This document shows, one piece after another, positions 45,045 through 57,600 of a stretch of DNA of 64,000 bases. The position numbers and the translations under genes are program-made. The notes beneath the pieces are model-generated. The model did no database searches. It was not told the DNA's origin and saw only the letters and a program-made list of their open reading frames with translations. Source of the DNA: Rebecca billardiae RCC1528 (Eukaryota > Protista > Haptophyta). The stretch covers positions 1,364,001-1,428,000 of the forward strand of contig OZ251235.1 in assembly GCA_965240325.2 (NCBI GenBank), given 5' to 3'. How positions within the stretch are numbered: position 1 is the stretch's first letter; each line of letters opens with the position of its first letter.

Positions 45045-45215
45045 GGCAGATGGTTTGCTGCGGCGGATGGGTGTGTGGGGGGGATCCGGGGATGTTCCCG
45101 GCGGTGTAGTGGTTCTGATTTTTGCCGAAGCGACACATGATTGTGCAGCTTCGGGCGGAATCTGAGTTCAGGGGCGAGGAACTTCCTACTATTGTTGACG
45201 GTTCCATTTGGACTA

Positions 45216-45773
45216 ATTCTATGATTTAAAGACACAGGCACGAGGGCGCAGCTCTTGATGAGTGTACTTCTGCACCTAATTGGAATTTTTCCGCAGTCCC
45301 CCCAAATCAATGATCGTCAATGAGTCCCCTAACTACATGTGCAGATCATGATCATCATATGCGAGATGTTGTCGTGATCGACATCTGAAAAGGTATTCGG
45401 ACGGGCCTCGGTCCTAGCTCGGCCCCTGAATTTTGTACTATTTAGTGTCATAACGAACCCGACCACCACCCAGATGCAGACCTTAACCCGCTTAAGCCAC
45501 TTTTGAGGAACCAGACGTGTCGAATGATATGAGGAACGAGCGGACCGGGGTCTAGTCAAACACAAAAAGTAGATAGGAAGGTGTCGTCATGATGATATGA
45601 TCAGCTGATAAGTGGAGTTCGTCGGCGTTCATTCCACGAAGCTCGTTTAGGGCGATCCACCGAACCAGGCCTGCAAACTTCTGCGCAAGGTCGCGAAATG
45701 GTCAAGACGAACGTTCCAGGACGCAGCAACGGAGTACACCTTTTTAAAAAACAGTCGTATTGAATCATAGAAT
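45216..45773. mobile_element. MITE-like unit bounded by ATTCTATGATT(T/C)AA inverted ends
   Basis: 45216-45229 vs reverse complement of 45760-45773, 13/14 match; AT-richer interior with extra inverted segments. Confidence 0.55.
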
Positions 45774-45779
45774 GCCGGT

Positions 45780-46675
45780 ACGTGTGCACGCCCCTGGCCG
45801 ATACACACCCGGCCGCTCTGCGCGTGGTGGAACCACGCTCGCAGAGCGGCCGAGGCTAACCTCAGAGATCGGGCCCGTGACGAAACATGGCAGCGCCTCG
45901 GGACGCGTGGCCGGCGCTGGGGGGCGACACGCGTGGTGCTCGTTTGGCGTGGCGCGGTGTCGGACCGGTCGCGCGCTTGGAAGATGGACGCACCTTCACG
46001 TTGTTCGGGCACTCCCGCATCAGGTCTATGCACGCGCGTCTCTCTCGCCGCCCGCGCGGGGCTCGCTTTCACCCGCCGCCTTTGCACCCGCCTCACAATC
46101 GAGCCGCTGTAACTCGTTATGGGCGGGAATGGGCGGGCTCAGACGCATTCTGCGCGGTGGTCTAGTGGTATGTGAGAAGGTTGGATGCGGCCGTTTTCTT
46201 GTCGTGGCTTGTCGTCGCTCACACGCGTCCACTTGGCTACCAGTGCGCACTGCCTGTGACTGCCTGTGCGCACGCGCTCTGACATCTCGGCTGGGGAGGG
46301 ATCGGCATGCCGGTGTCACGACGAGCCCGGGCACACGGAACTAATCGTCTACTCCCAAGCCGCGCGCACCTGGCTGGAAGTGGCTGGCGAGCAAGTTGGA
46401 ATCGAATGCAATCATGATGGCACTCTACGCTCTGCTCAGCCTTGTCAGTGCGAGCACGACGGGAACGCCGTACGCGAGGCGAGGCGGCGCAATGAAGCGC
46501 GCCCCGATGGCGGAGAGCTCACCAACATGATCGAAGAGCCCGCCCGCACCCTCAGGTGTGGCCGCGGGGCGCGCGTCCGGGACCGCCTCAGGCCCCTGAG
46601 ATTCGCCCCGGCCGCTCTGCGAGCATGGGTTCCCCATGCGAAGAGCGGTAAGGGTGTGTATCGGCCAGTGCACGT
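45780..46675. mobile_element. MITE-like element with ~90-bp diverged TIRs, each containing a hairpin
   Basis: ctggccgatacacaccc...ctcgcagagcggccg at ~45794-45852 is mirrored at ~46608-46668. Confidence 0.65.
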
Positions 46676-46711
46676 CCCAACAATAAATGTGCCCACCAGG
46701 CACCACGCGCG

Positions 46712-49700
46712 TCACCGCCGCACCGTCGCCGAGCCGCGCGGCTCGGTCGTCGCGCCAGGCGGCGCGTCCTCGTAGCCGTACGCCTCCGCCACCTCGGACG
46801 CGAGCGCGGCGAGCCCGAGCGTCGCGCGCGAGTGCTGCACCCAGCGCGCGCCCGCGTGCACGTGCGCGAGCACCGTCACGCGCGCGCCGCGCTCGACGTC
46901 GAGCGCGGGCTCGAGCAGCTCGGTGAGCGCCGAGAGCGCGAAGGGCGGCGGCCGCCCCTCCGCCTGCGCGCGCAGCACGGCGCGCAGCGCGTCGAGCGAC
47001 GCGTGGATGTGCGCCGCCTCGAACGCCACCGGCTCGGACGTCGACGCCGCGCCGTCCGCGTCGCCCGCCGCCATCCGCGCCGCGCCCGCCGCGGCGAGCG
47101 TGTCGTCCGCGCCGTCGGCGGTGGCGAGCTCCGCGCCGGCGAGGTCGACGAGCGTGAGACGCCCCGCGCCGCGCGGCGCCTCGCCCTCCGCGCCGCGCGC
47201 GAGCGGCTGCAGCGTGAGCACCGTGTGCGCGCGCGACGAGCGCGTGTTGAGGCCAGAGTCGCGCACCGCACGGAAGCAGCCGCCGATCGCCAGGCAGTTG
47301 GCGGCGTCGGCGGGCGTGCGGCAGTGCACGCGCAGCGGGGGCGCGCGCGCGCCGGCGCGCGACGCGCGCGCGCCGGCGCCCACGCCGCTGCCGCCTCGGC
47401 TCGCGCTCGCGCGCGCCTCTGAAGCGGCCGCCCCGCCGGCACGCAAGGAGCCGCCATCGTGAACGGCCGCACCGCCATCTTGCAGCTCCGCCTCCGAAGC
47501 GCCGAGCAGGTCGCGGACGTGGCCGTTGTACACCTCCTGCATGGCGACGAGCACGCCCGCGGCGGGCGCGGAGGAGGACGCGCGCGCGCCGCCGCCGCGC
47601 GCACCCTCCGACGCCTCCGACGCCTCCGACGCCTGCTGCGCGCTCAGCAGCGCATGCAGCGCGCGCTGCGCCACGCCGGCGCTCGCTGAAGCCGGCGTCG
47701 CCGCGCGCGCGCGCGCGCCGCCGCCGCCGGCCGCGCGCACGCCGGGTCGCGCCGAGCCGTCGGTGAGCGCGGCGTGCCCGCCCGGGCCGAGCAGCGTGTA
47801 CGTCTTGCCCGAGGTGGTCGCGCCGAGCAGCACGATCGTCGCGTCGTGCCCGCCCAGCGCGGCGTCGCACGCGTCGCGCAGCTGTGCCCACACCTCCGCC
47901 TGGGTGGAGCCGGGGCCAAGCACGCGGCTGAACGCGTGCGCGCCGCCGCCGCCGCCGCCCGGCGCCGCCGTGCCCACGGTGGCGGCGGGCTCTGCGGGCT
48001 CGATCACGAGCGTGCGCGCGTCCGCAGCTCGCACGCGCGCGGACGTGCCCGGCGGCGCGGCGCGCACGCGGCAGAGCACGCGAAGCGCGCCGCGCGCGCG
48101 CGCGCGCGCGGCGGCGGGCAGCCGCGCGGCCGCTGCCGGCGGCGGCGCGCTCGCAGGCTGCGGCGGCGCGGCGGCGGAGGCGGTGGCGTGCGCCGGCGGT
48201 GGCGTCCGCGGCGTGGCCGCGCGGTGCGGCAGCGCAACGGGCGCCTGCGCGCGCTCGGCCGCGCGCGCCTCGCGTGCCTGCGAGCGCGGCGCGCGCGCGC
48301 GGCGGTGGCGGTGGCGTCGGCGTCGGCGTCGGCGCGCGGCGCGGCGCGGCGTCGGCGCGCATGCAGCTGGCGGCTGCGAAGCACATGGGCGCGCGGCGCG
48401 GGCGCGGCGGTGGCGGGCCGTGGATGGGCGCACGGGAGACGCGGCGCGCGCGCGCGCGCGCGCTGCGCACCGTGCCGCCAGCCATGCCGCCCGGCGCGTC
48501 CGCCGCCGCCGCCGCTCCCTCCGCCGCCGCCGCGCGCCGCATCGCGCCGTCCGCGCGCGCGCTCACCGCCGCCGCGAGCGCGCGGCGCAGCGCGCTGGCC
48601 TCGCCGCTAGCGATGGCAGCGGCGGTGTCGGCCGCGTCCGCGCGGCGCGCGCTCGCGCCGGCCACGTCGTGCGCCGCAAGCGCGTCGCCTTCGAGCGCGC
48701 GCAGCTCGCTCGCGAGCACCGCCACCTCCGCCCGACGTCGCGAGGCCTGCACACACGCACACACGCGCACGCACGCGCGCACACACGCGCACACACGCGC
48801 ACACGCACACACGCGCACAAACGCGAACACACGCGCACACACGCGCACACACGCGCACGCACACGCGCACACACGCGGCACGCGGCACGCACGCACGCAC
48901 GCACGTGCACGCGGCGCGCGGCGAGCGGCGCGCGCGGCGGGGCGGGGCGCGGGGCGCGCGGGGCAGATGCGGTAGGGGTCAGCACAGCGCGCGCGGTGAC
49001 TGGCCTGAGGGCGCGCGGCGCGCGCGCCGCGCGCACGCGCGGCGCCCGCGGGCGCGCGCCGCGCACCGCCGCCGCCGCCGCTGCGGCCATCTCATCGCGA
49101 GCTCGCGCGGCCGCGAGCGCGGCGCCTGAGTCCGCCGCCTCGGCCTCCAGTGCCAAGCGCGCTTGGAGCTCGGCCACGATGGCGGCGTTGGCGTTGGCGG
49201 CGGCCGGTGCCAGCGTGCTGGGCGCGGCCTCGCGGGCGCGGGCGCCGGACGCGCCGCGCGGGCCGCCGCCACCGTCCGCGCGCGCCCCTGTTGCGGCGTG
49301 TAGCTGCGAGCGCAGGCGCGCGGCGTCGGCGCGCGCCGCGTCAAGCGCTCGCCGCAAGCCGCCCACCTCCGCGGCGTCCGCGTCGGCGTCGGCGTCGGCG
49401 TCCGCGTTGTCCGCGGCGCCCGGGGTCATCGTAGCGCCCTCCACCCCTCCGCCCAGCCGCCGCCGCCAGCGCGCGCGGTCGCTAGCGTGCTCGGCACGGG
49501 CCGCGCCGAGCGCGCGCTGCGCGGCGCCCGCCGCCGCCTCGGCGCGCGCCGCGCGCGCGCGCGCGCCACTCGCGGCGCCGTGCGCGTCGGCGGCGTCGGC
49601 GTCGGCGTCGGCGAGCGCGACGCGCAGCGCGGCGCACGCGGCGCCGCCCTCTGCGCGCGCGCCGCGCGCGGCGCCGCGCGCGCCGCGCCGCGCCGCGTCG

Positions 49701-52700
49701 GCGTCCGCGCACGCGGCGCGCGCGGCCGCGGCCGCGGCCGCGCCGTCCGCGTCGGCGTCGGCGAGCGCGGCGCGCAGCGCGGCGGCGGCGGTCGCGGCGG
49801 CGGCGCGCCCGCCGCGCTCGGCCGCCGCCTCCGCCTCAGCGCGCTCGGCGCGGCCGGCCGCGGCGTGGGCGTGGGCGTCGGCGTCGGCCACAGCGCCGCG
49901 CACCGCGCACGCGGCCGCGCCGTGCGCGCGCCGCGCCGCGTCCGCGTCCGCGTCGGCGGCGCGCAAGCTGGCGGCGAGCGCGGCGCGCGCCACGCCGCGC
50001 CGCGCGGCGCGCGCCTCGGCGCGCGCCGCGCCGCGCTCGGCGTCGGCGAGGGCGGCGGCGAGGGTTGCGCCGGTGGCGGCGCGTGCGGCGCGCGCGCCGC
50101 GCGCATCGCTACTCGCGCGCGCCGCCGCGCCCTCCGCGTCCGCCAGCGCGCTCGTCAGCGCGTCGACGGCGGCGTCGGCCGCGTCGGCGTGGGCGGCCGC
50201 GGCCGCCGCCTCGGCGCGTGCCGCGTCCGCCTCCGCGCGCGCCGCCTCCGCCTCCGCCGCGCGCGCCGCGGCGTCGTCGAGCGCAGAGGCGCACGCGGCG
50301 CGCGCGTCGGCCGCGGCGGCGCGCGCCGCGACCGTCTCCGCGTCAGCCGCTCCGACGGCGCCGAGAGCCGCGTCGCACGCGGCGGCGGCGGCGTGCGCGC
50401 CAGCGTCCGCGTCCGCACGCGCCGCGTCGGCCGCGGCGGCGCGCGCCGCCGCGGCCGCCGCCGCCGCCTCGGCCGCCGCGCGCGCCTCCGCCTCCGCCGC
50501 CGCCTCCGCCTCGGCGTGCGCGGCGCGCTCGAGCGCGTCGGAAGCCGCGCGCGCAGCGCCCGCCGCGCGCGCGTCCGCGTCCGCGCCGACCGCCCTCGCC
50601 CCGTCGAGGGCGGCGCGAAGGTCGTCGGCGGCGGCGGCGGCGGCGTCCGCGTCGGCGCGCGCGCGCACGCGCTCCGCCACCGCCGCGCACCGCGCCACGC
50701 CCGCCGCCGCCGCGTCGTCGTCGGCGGCGCGGATCGCGCCGAGCGCGGCGGCGCGCTCGGCGCGCGCCACCGCCGCGTCCGCGGCCGAGGCCGCCGCCGC
50801 CTCCAGCGCGGCGCGCGCGCGCTCGTCGGCCGCGTCGGCGCGCGCGCCCGCCGCCGCGCGCGCCGCGCAGTGCGCGGCCGCGTCGGCGGCGGCGGCCGCC
50901 GCGGCGTCCGCCGCGGCCGCGCGCGCCGCGTCCGCGCGCGCCGCGCGCTCGGCGGCGGCGCGCTCGGCGGCGGCCGCGTCCGCGGCGGCGCGGCGCGCGG
51001 CCGCGCACTCGGCCGCGCCGAGCGCGCGCGCGGACACCGCGTCGGCGGCGTCGGCGTCGGCGTCGGCGATGGCTCGCAACGCCGCGTCGCGCGCCGCCGC
51101 CGCCTCCGCGCGCCGCGCCGCCGCGGACGCGGCCGCCGCCTCGGCCAAGCCGGCTGCCGCCGCGTCCGCGGCGGCGGCGGTGCGCGCGGCGGCGGCCTCA
51201 GCGGCAGCCGAGGCCGCGTCGGCGCGCGCGGCCTCGGTGCCGCGCGCCGCCGCCGCCGCCGCCGTCTCGGCGCGCGCCGCGCGCGCGTCGGCGGCGCGCT
51301 CGGCGGCGGCGGCGGCGGCGGCGGCGCGCGCGTCCGCCGCTGCGGCGGCGGCGGCCGCGGCCGCGTCGGCGCGCGCCGCGCGCGCGTCCGCGTCCGCGGC
51401 GGCGGCCGCCGCGGCCGCCTCGGCGCGCGCCGCGCGCGCGTCCGCGTCCGCGGCGGCGTCCGCCGCCGACGCCTCCGCGCGCGCTGCGCGCGCGTCGGCC
51501 GCCGCCGCCGCGTCCGCCGCCGCCGCCTCCGCGCCGGCCGCGCGCGCGTCGGCCGCCGCGCGCGCGTCGGCGGCGTCGGCGCGCGCCGCCGCCGCGTCGG
51601 CGGCGGCGCTCGTCACCGCCTCGCGCGCCGCCGCCTCCGCGCCCTCGGCCTCCGCCAGCGCGGCCGTCAGCGCGGCCGCCTCCGCGCGCCGACGCCGCCG
51701 GCCGAGCGCCGCCGCGGCGCGCAGTGAGGCCAGCTCGGCGGCGCCAGCGTCCGCGTCCGCGGCCGCGCCAGCCGCGGCCGCGGCGCGCGGCGGCGGCCGC
51801 GCGGCGGCGGCCGCCGCGTGGCGCGGCGCGGCGGCGGGAAGCGCCTCGCGCGCGCCGGCCGCGTCCTCGCGCCGTGCTCCCCGCGCCGCCGCCGCAGCCG
51901 CCGCCGCCGCCGCCGCCGTCTCCGCCGCCGCCACCTCTGCGCCGAGTAAGCCGCGCTCGGCGCGCGCGCGCGCGCCGGCCGCGGCGGCGGCGCGCTCGGC
52001 CGCGGCGGCGCGCGCGCACGCGGCCTGCTTGGCGGCGGTTGCGTCGTGCGCGAGTGCGCGCGCGGCGGCCGCGTCGCGTGCCGCCTCGTCCGCCCGGCGC
52101 GTCGCCGCCGCCTCCGCCTCGCGCGCCGCGCCCGCCTGCGCGGCCGCGGCCCCGTCGGCTGCGGCCGCGCGCGCCTCGGCCGCGGCCGCGCGCCGCGCCG
52201 CGTCCGCCGCGCGCGCGTCCGCGTCGGCGGCGGCGGCGCGCTGGCCGTCGAGCTGCGCGGCGGCGCGGCCGAGCTCGGCGGCGCGCTCGTCCGCCGCCGC
52301 CTCCGCGCGCGCCAGCGCGCGCCGCGCCTCCGCGCGCTCCGCCTCCGCCGCCGCCGCCGCGCGCGCCTCCGCCGCCGCGGCCGCGGCGGCCGCGCCGGCG
52401 CGCGCGCGCTCGGCGGCGGCGTCGGCGGCGCGGCGCGCGCCGCCGAGCGCTGCCGCGTGCTCGGCGGCGGCGGCGCGTGCGCGCTCGCGCTCGGCATCGC
52501 GCTCGGCCTCGGCCGCCTCCGAGCGCGCGCCCGCCTCCGACGCCTCGCGCCGCGCGCCCGCCGCCGCCGCCTCCGCCGCCTCCGCGCGCGCGCCCGCCGC
52601 CGCGCCCGCCGCGTCAGCGGCGCGGCGCGCCGCGTCCGCGTCCGCGCGCGCGCGCTCCGCCGCGCCGGCGCGCGCGTCGGCGTCGGCGGCGGCGCGCTCG

Positions 52701-54588
52701 GCCGCGTCGGCGCGCGCGGCGGCGTCCGACGCGTCGCGCTCCGCCGCCTCCGCGCGCCCCGTCGCCTCCGACGCCTCGCGCCGCGCGTCGCCGAGCGCGG
52801 CGCGCGCCGCGCCGTCCGCGCGCGCCGCGTCGGCGCGCGCGGCCGCGGCCGCGGCGTCGGCGGCCGCCGCGCGCTCGCGCGCGGTGCGCGCGTCGGCCGC
52901 GGCGTCGGCGGCGGCGTTGCGTGCGGCGTCGGCGTCGGCGCGCGCGCGCTCCTCGCGCGCCGCGCCCTCGGCGCGCGCGCGCGCCTCCGCCGCCGCCGCG
53001 CCCCGCGCCGCCGCCTCCACCGCCGCCATCTCACGAGTCAGCAGCGCGCGCTCGGCGGCGGCGCGCGCCGCGGCGGCGCGCGCCGCGCGCGCGCGCTCGG
53101 CGGCGGCGTCGCGCGCGGACGCGGCGTCGAGCGCCGCGGCGTGCGCGGCGGCGCCCTCGGCGCGCGCCGCGGCCGCCTCGCCCGCCGCCGCCTCCGCCCG
53201 CCGCGCCGCCGCCGCCTCCGCCTCGCGCGCCGCCGCGGCGGCGGCGGCGGCGGCGCCGTCGGCCGCGGCCGCGCGCGCCTCAGCCGCGTCCGCGCGTCGC
53301 GCCGCGTCCGCCGCGCGCGCGTCCGCGTCGGCGGCGGCGGCGCGCGCCTCGTTGTGCGCGCGCGCGTGCTCGGCCGCGGCCGCGCGCGCGCGCTCGAGCT
53401 CCGCCGCGCCCGCCTCCGCCGCCGCCTCCGCGCGCGCCTCCGCCGCCGCCGCCTCGCGCCGCGCGGCCGCGGCCGCCGCCTCCGCCGCGGCCGCGCGCGC
53501 GGCCGCCGCGTCCGCGTCCGCGCGCGCGCCGCGCCGCGCCGCGTCGGCGTCGGCGCGCGCGCGCTCCGCGGCGTGTGCGGCCTCGCGCGCCCCTGCCGCC
53601 TCCGCGCGCGCCGCCTCCGCGTCCGCCGCGACGGCGGCCGTCTCAAGCCCCGCCGCCGCGGCGGCGCGCGCCGCGCCGCCGCGCGCGGCCGCGCGCGCCT
53701 CGGCCGCGGCGGCCGCGGCGGCGTCCGCGTCCGCGCGCGCGCCCGCGAGCTCGGCGCGCGCGCGCTCCGCCGACGATTCCGCACCGTCGGCGCGCGCGCG
53801 CTCGCGCGCGAGGGCCTCGCGCAGCGCGCCGCCCGCCGCCGCCGCCTCCGCCGCCGCCGCCTCCGCCGCGTCCGCGCGCGCGCGCTCGGCCGCAGCGGCC
53901 GCGGCCGCGGCCGCGGCCGCCGCCTCCGCTGCCGCGGCGCGCTCGCGCGCGGCCGCGGCGTCGGCGCGCGCGGCGTCGGCGTCCGCGCCGTGCGCGTCGC
54001 CCTGCAGCTGCGACGCCGCGTGCGCGCGACGCGCGTCCGCGCGTGCCGCCTCCGCCTCCGAGCCCAGATGCGCCGCCGCCGCCGCCGCCTCGGCCGCGTC
54101 GGCGCGCGCGGCGCGCGCGCGCGCGTCCGCGTCCACGGCCGCGGCCGCAGCCGCCGCCTCGGCGCCGTCGGCGTCGGCGAGCGCGGCGCGGAGCGAGCTT
54201 GCCTCGGCCGCCGCCTCTGCCGCCGCCGCCTTCGCCGCGCGCCACAGCGCCGCGCACTGCGCGAGCTCGAGCTCGCCCGCGGCCGCCACGTCCAGCGCGC
54301 GCGCGCGCGCCGCCAGCGCCGCCGCGCGCTCCGCCGCGCGACCGTCCGCCGCCGCGCGCCGCTCCGCTGCGTCCGCGGCGGCGCCGTCGGCGAGCGCGGC
54401 GGCGGCGGCGCGCGTGCCGGCGAGCTCGGCCTGCAGCGCCGCCCACGCAACGTGCGCGGCATCCGCAGACTCGGCGGCGGCCTCGCGCGAGCGCCGCTCG
54501 CGCGCCGCCGCGCCCGCCGCCGCGCTCAGCTCGCCGTCCGCGTCGGCGAGCGCGGCGCGCAGCGCGGCCGCCTCGGCGCGCGCCGCGC

Positions 54589-54621
<33 letters not shown>

Positions 54622-57600
54622 TGTTGTCGTGTGTGCGTGCAGGGTCGGCCGCGGCGGTGTCGGAGCCTGGCGCTTCGTGCGCCGCGGCGCGCAGCCGCGC
54701 CATCGCCGCGCCCGCGCTCTCCCGCGCCCGCGCCACGCCCGCCACGCCCGCCGCGGCCGCCTCGGCGCGCGCGCGCGCCAGCGTCGCCGCGCATTCGATT
54801 TCGAGCTGGTCCGCGCGCGCGCGCTCGGCGCGCGCGCGCGCGTCCGCGTCCGCCGCGGCGGCCTCAGCGTCCGCGGCGCGCGCGCGCTCGACGGCGGCGC
54901 CGACGGCGGCGGCCGCCGCCGCCGCCTCCGCCTCCGCCGCGCGCGCGCGCTCGGCGGCCAGCTCGGCCGCCAGCGGCGAGGGCTGCTCTGAGGCGGCCGG
55001 CGCGCCGGCCGCGCCGGGCGGCGGCGGCGTCGCGGGCGCGGCGGGCGCGGCGGGCGCGGCCGCGGCGGCCGGCGGCGTGGAGGCGGCGGCGGCGGCTGCG
55101 GCGGCGGCGCCGGGCCTCGGCTCGCGGTCGTCGTCCTCGGCCGACCTCTCCGGCCGCGCCGCGCCACGCCGCGCCGCGCCGCGCTCGGCGGCTGCGGCCG
55201 GCGCGCCGAGCGGCGGCGCCGCCTGCGCCGCCGCGTGCGCGCGCGGCGTGCCCCAGCCCGCAGCGGCGCCTGGCGGCGGCGGCGGCGGCGCGCTGGGCTG
55301 GCTCGCTGCGTCGCGAAGAGCGGGGCGCGCTTGCGCCGCGGCGTCGGCCACCGAGCCTGCCGCGCCCGCCTGGCATGCGACGTCGGCGCCGCCGCCGCCG
55401 CCGCCATCGTGCTGACAGGCGGCGTGCGCCACGGCGCGCGGCGCGGCGCGGCGCGCGGCCGCGTCGGCCGCGGCCGCGGCCGCGGCCGCGGCGGCGTGCG
55501 CGCGCTCCGCGCTCGCGAGCTCGGCGCCGAGCGCGGCGGCGCTGACGCCCGCGCCCGCGCGCGCCCCCGCCGCCTCGGCCGCCGCCGCGTCCGCGCGGTC
55601 CCGCCAGAGCCCCTCCGCGACGCGCGCGCGGGACGCGTCGGCGCGCGCCGCCTCCGCCTCGGCCGCGCGCGCCGCGGCCACCGCACGCAGCGTCTGTAAT
55701 TCGTCAGCCTGAATGGCGTGCGCCGTGGCGGAGGCGCGCGCGGCGGAGTCGGCGGCGGCGTGCGCCGCGTCGGCCTGCGCGCGGTTCGCCTCCGCCTCCG
55801 CCTCCGCCGAGCGCGCCGCCTCCGCCGCCGTCGCCGCCGCCGCCTCCGCCGCCTCGGCGCGCGCCGTCGCCGCAGCCGCGTCCGCGCGCGCGCGCTCCGC
55901 GCCCGCGCGCGCGCGCGCCACTTCCGCGCCCGCCTCGGCGCGCGCGGCGTCGGCCGCGTCGGCGCGCGCCGCCTCCGCGCCCGCGGCGCGCTCGCGCGCC
56001 AGCCGCTCCGCCAGCGCGTGGTCCATGCCGTCCAGCTCCGCGCGCAGCTGCGCGCGCGCGGCGGCGGCGTGCGCTGCCGCGCGCGCGGCCGCGCGCGCCT
56101 CGGCCGCGGCCGCGAGCGCGGCCGCGCCGTCGTCGGCGTCGGCGACGGCGGCGCGGAGGGCGGCGCGCTCGGCGGCGGCGCGCGCGCGCTCCGCCGCCGC
56201 GCCGCGCGCGTCACGCCGCGCGCGCACCAGCGCCTCCGCCGCGCGCGCGTGCGCGTCGCGCGACGCGCGCTCGGCGGCGGCGCGCGCGTCCGCGTCCGCG
56301 CGCGCTCCCGCTAGCGCCTGCTCGAGCTGAACGCGCGCGTCGGCCGCGGCGGCGCGCTCAGCGCGCAGCCGCGTGCGCAGCGCGGCGAGCGCGGCGTCGC
56401 GCGCGGCGAGCGATGCACGCGCGTCCGCGGAGAGCCTCGCCGAGTCCGCCGCCGCCGCCGCCTCCGCCGCCGCGCGCTGCTCCGCCGCAGCCGCCGCCTC
56501 CGCCTCAGCCGTCGCCACGCGCGCGCGCAGCCGAGCCACATGCGTGGCGGCCGCGGGCGCGCCGCCGCCGCCGCCGCCGCCTCCGCCAGGCGCGGCGGCC
56601 GTGGCGGCGGCCTCCGCGCCGGGTGCCGACGCCGCAGCCGCCGCGTGCGGCGGCGGCGGCGGCAGCTCAGCAAGCCCGCCCTCCGCCGTCGCCGCCGCCT
56701 CCGCCGCCTCCGCCGCCGCGTCCGCGTCCGCCGCGGCCGCGCCGCCGCCGCTGCGCTGCCGCACGACACTTGCCGAGAGCGGAGGCGATGGCGGCGGCGG
56801 CCCGGAGCGCGGCGGCGAGGCCGAGGGCGGCGGGGAGGGCGCGGAGGGCGGCGTGCGCTCCGCGGCACCCGCCGCGCCGCCCGCGCCCACCCGCGCCGCG
56901 CCGCCCGCCGCCGCCGCGCCGCCCGGCCGCGCCGCGCCGCCGGCCGCGCCGCGCCGCCGTCGCATCTCAGGAGCCCACCAGAGCGCCCAGGCGCCGTCCT
57001 GCTCGGCAAGGAGCTCGGAGAGGGCGCCGGCGACGCCGAGGCGCGCCACCGCCTCCTCCGCCGCGTCCATCCCGCCCACGTCGTCGTGCGCCGCGCCCAC
57101 CGCCTCCGCAGCCTCCTCGTCGGCGGCGGCGACGTCGTCTTTGTCGGCGGCGGCGGCGGCGTTGGCGGCGGCGGAGTCGAGGCGGCGGACGCCACGCGCC
57201 GCGCGGTGCGTCGCGATCAGCCGCGCGACCTCGCGCGCGCCCTCCGCCGCCGCCTCGCGCTCCGCCGCCAGCGACGCGCGCAGCGCAGCCTCGGTGCGCG
57301 CCGCCGAGTGCCGCGCGGCCGCGAGCGCGCGCGCGCTCGCGGCCGCCGCGCGCTCGGCCGCGGCCGCGGCGCCGCGCGCGTCGTCACGCTCGGCGGCGAT
57401 CTGCGCGGCGGCGGCGCGCGCGCGCGCCTCGACGTGTCGCACGTGCTCGACCGCCGCGCCGCGCAGCGCGCGCAGCTTCCGCGCGTGCGCCCGCTCCAGC
57501 GCCGCCACGCGCGCCGCGCCCTCCGCGCGCGCGCCCTCGGCCGCCTGCCGCGCGCGCCGCTCGGCCGCGACCAACGCGCCATCAACCTCCGCCTCGCGCG

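Noticed and set aside
47526-55545. 2629-aa and 1826-aa plus-strand ORFs
   Set aside because: Antisense shadows of the GC-saturated kinesin stalk; stop codons are rare by composition and the products are featureless Ala/Ser/Arg.
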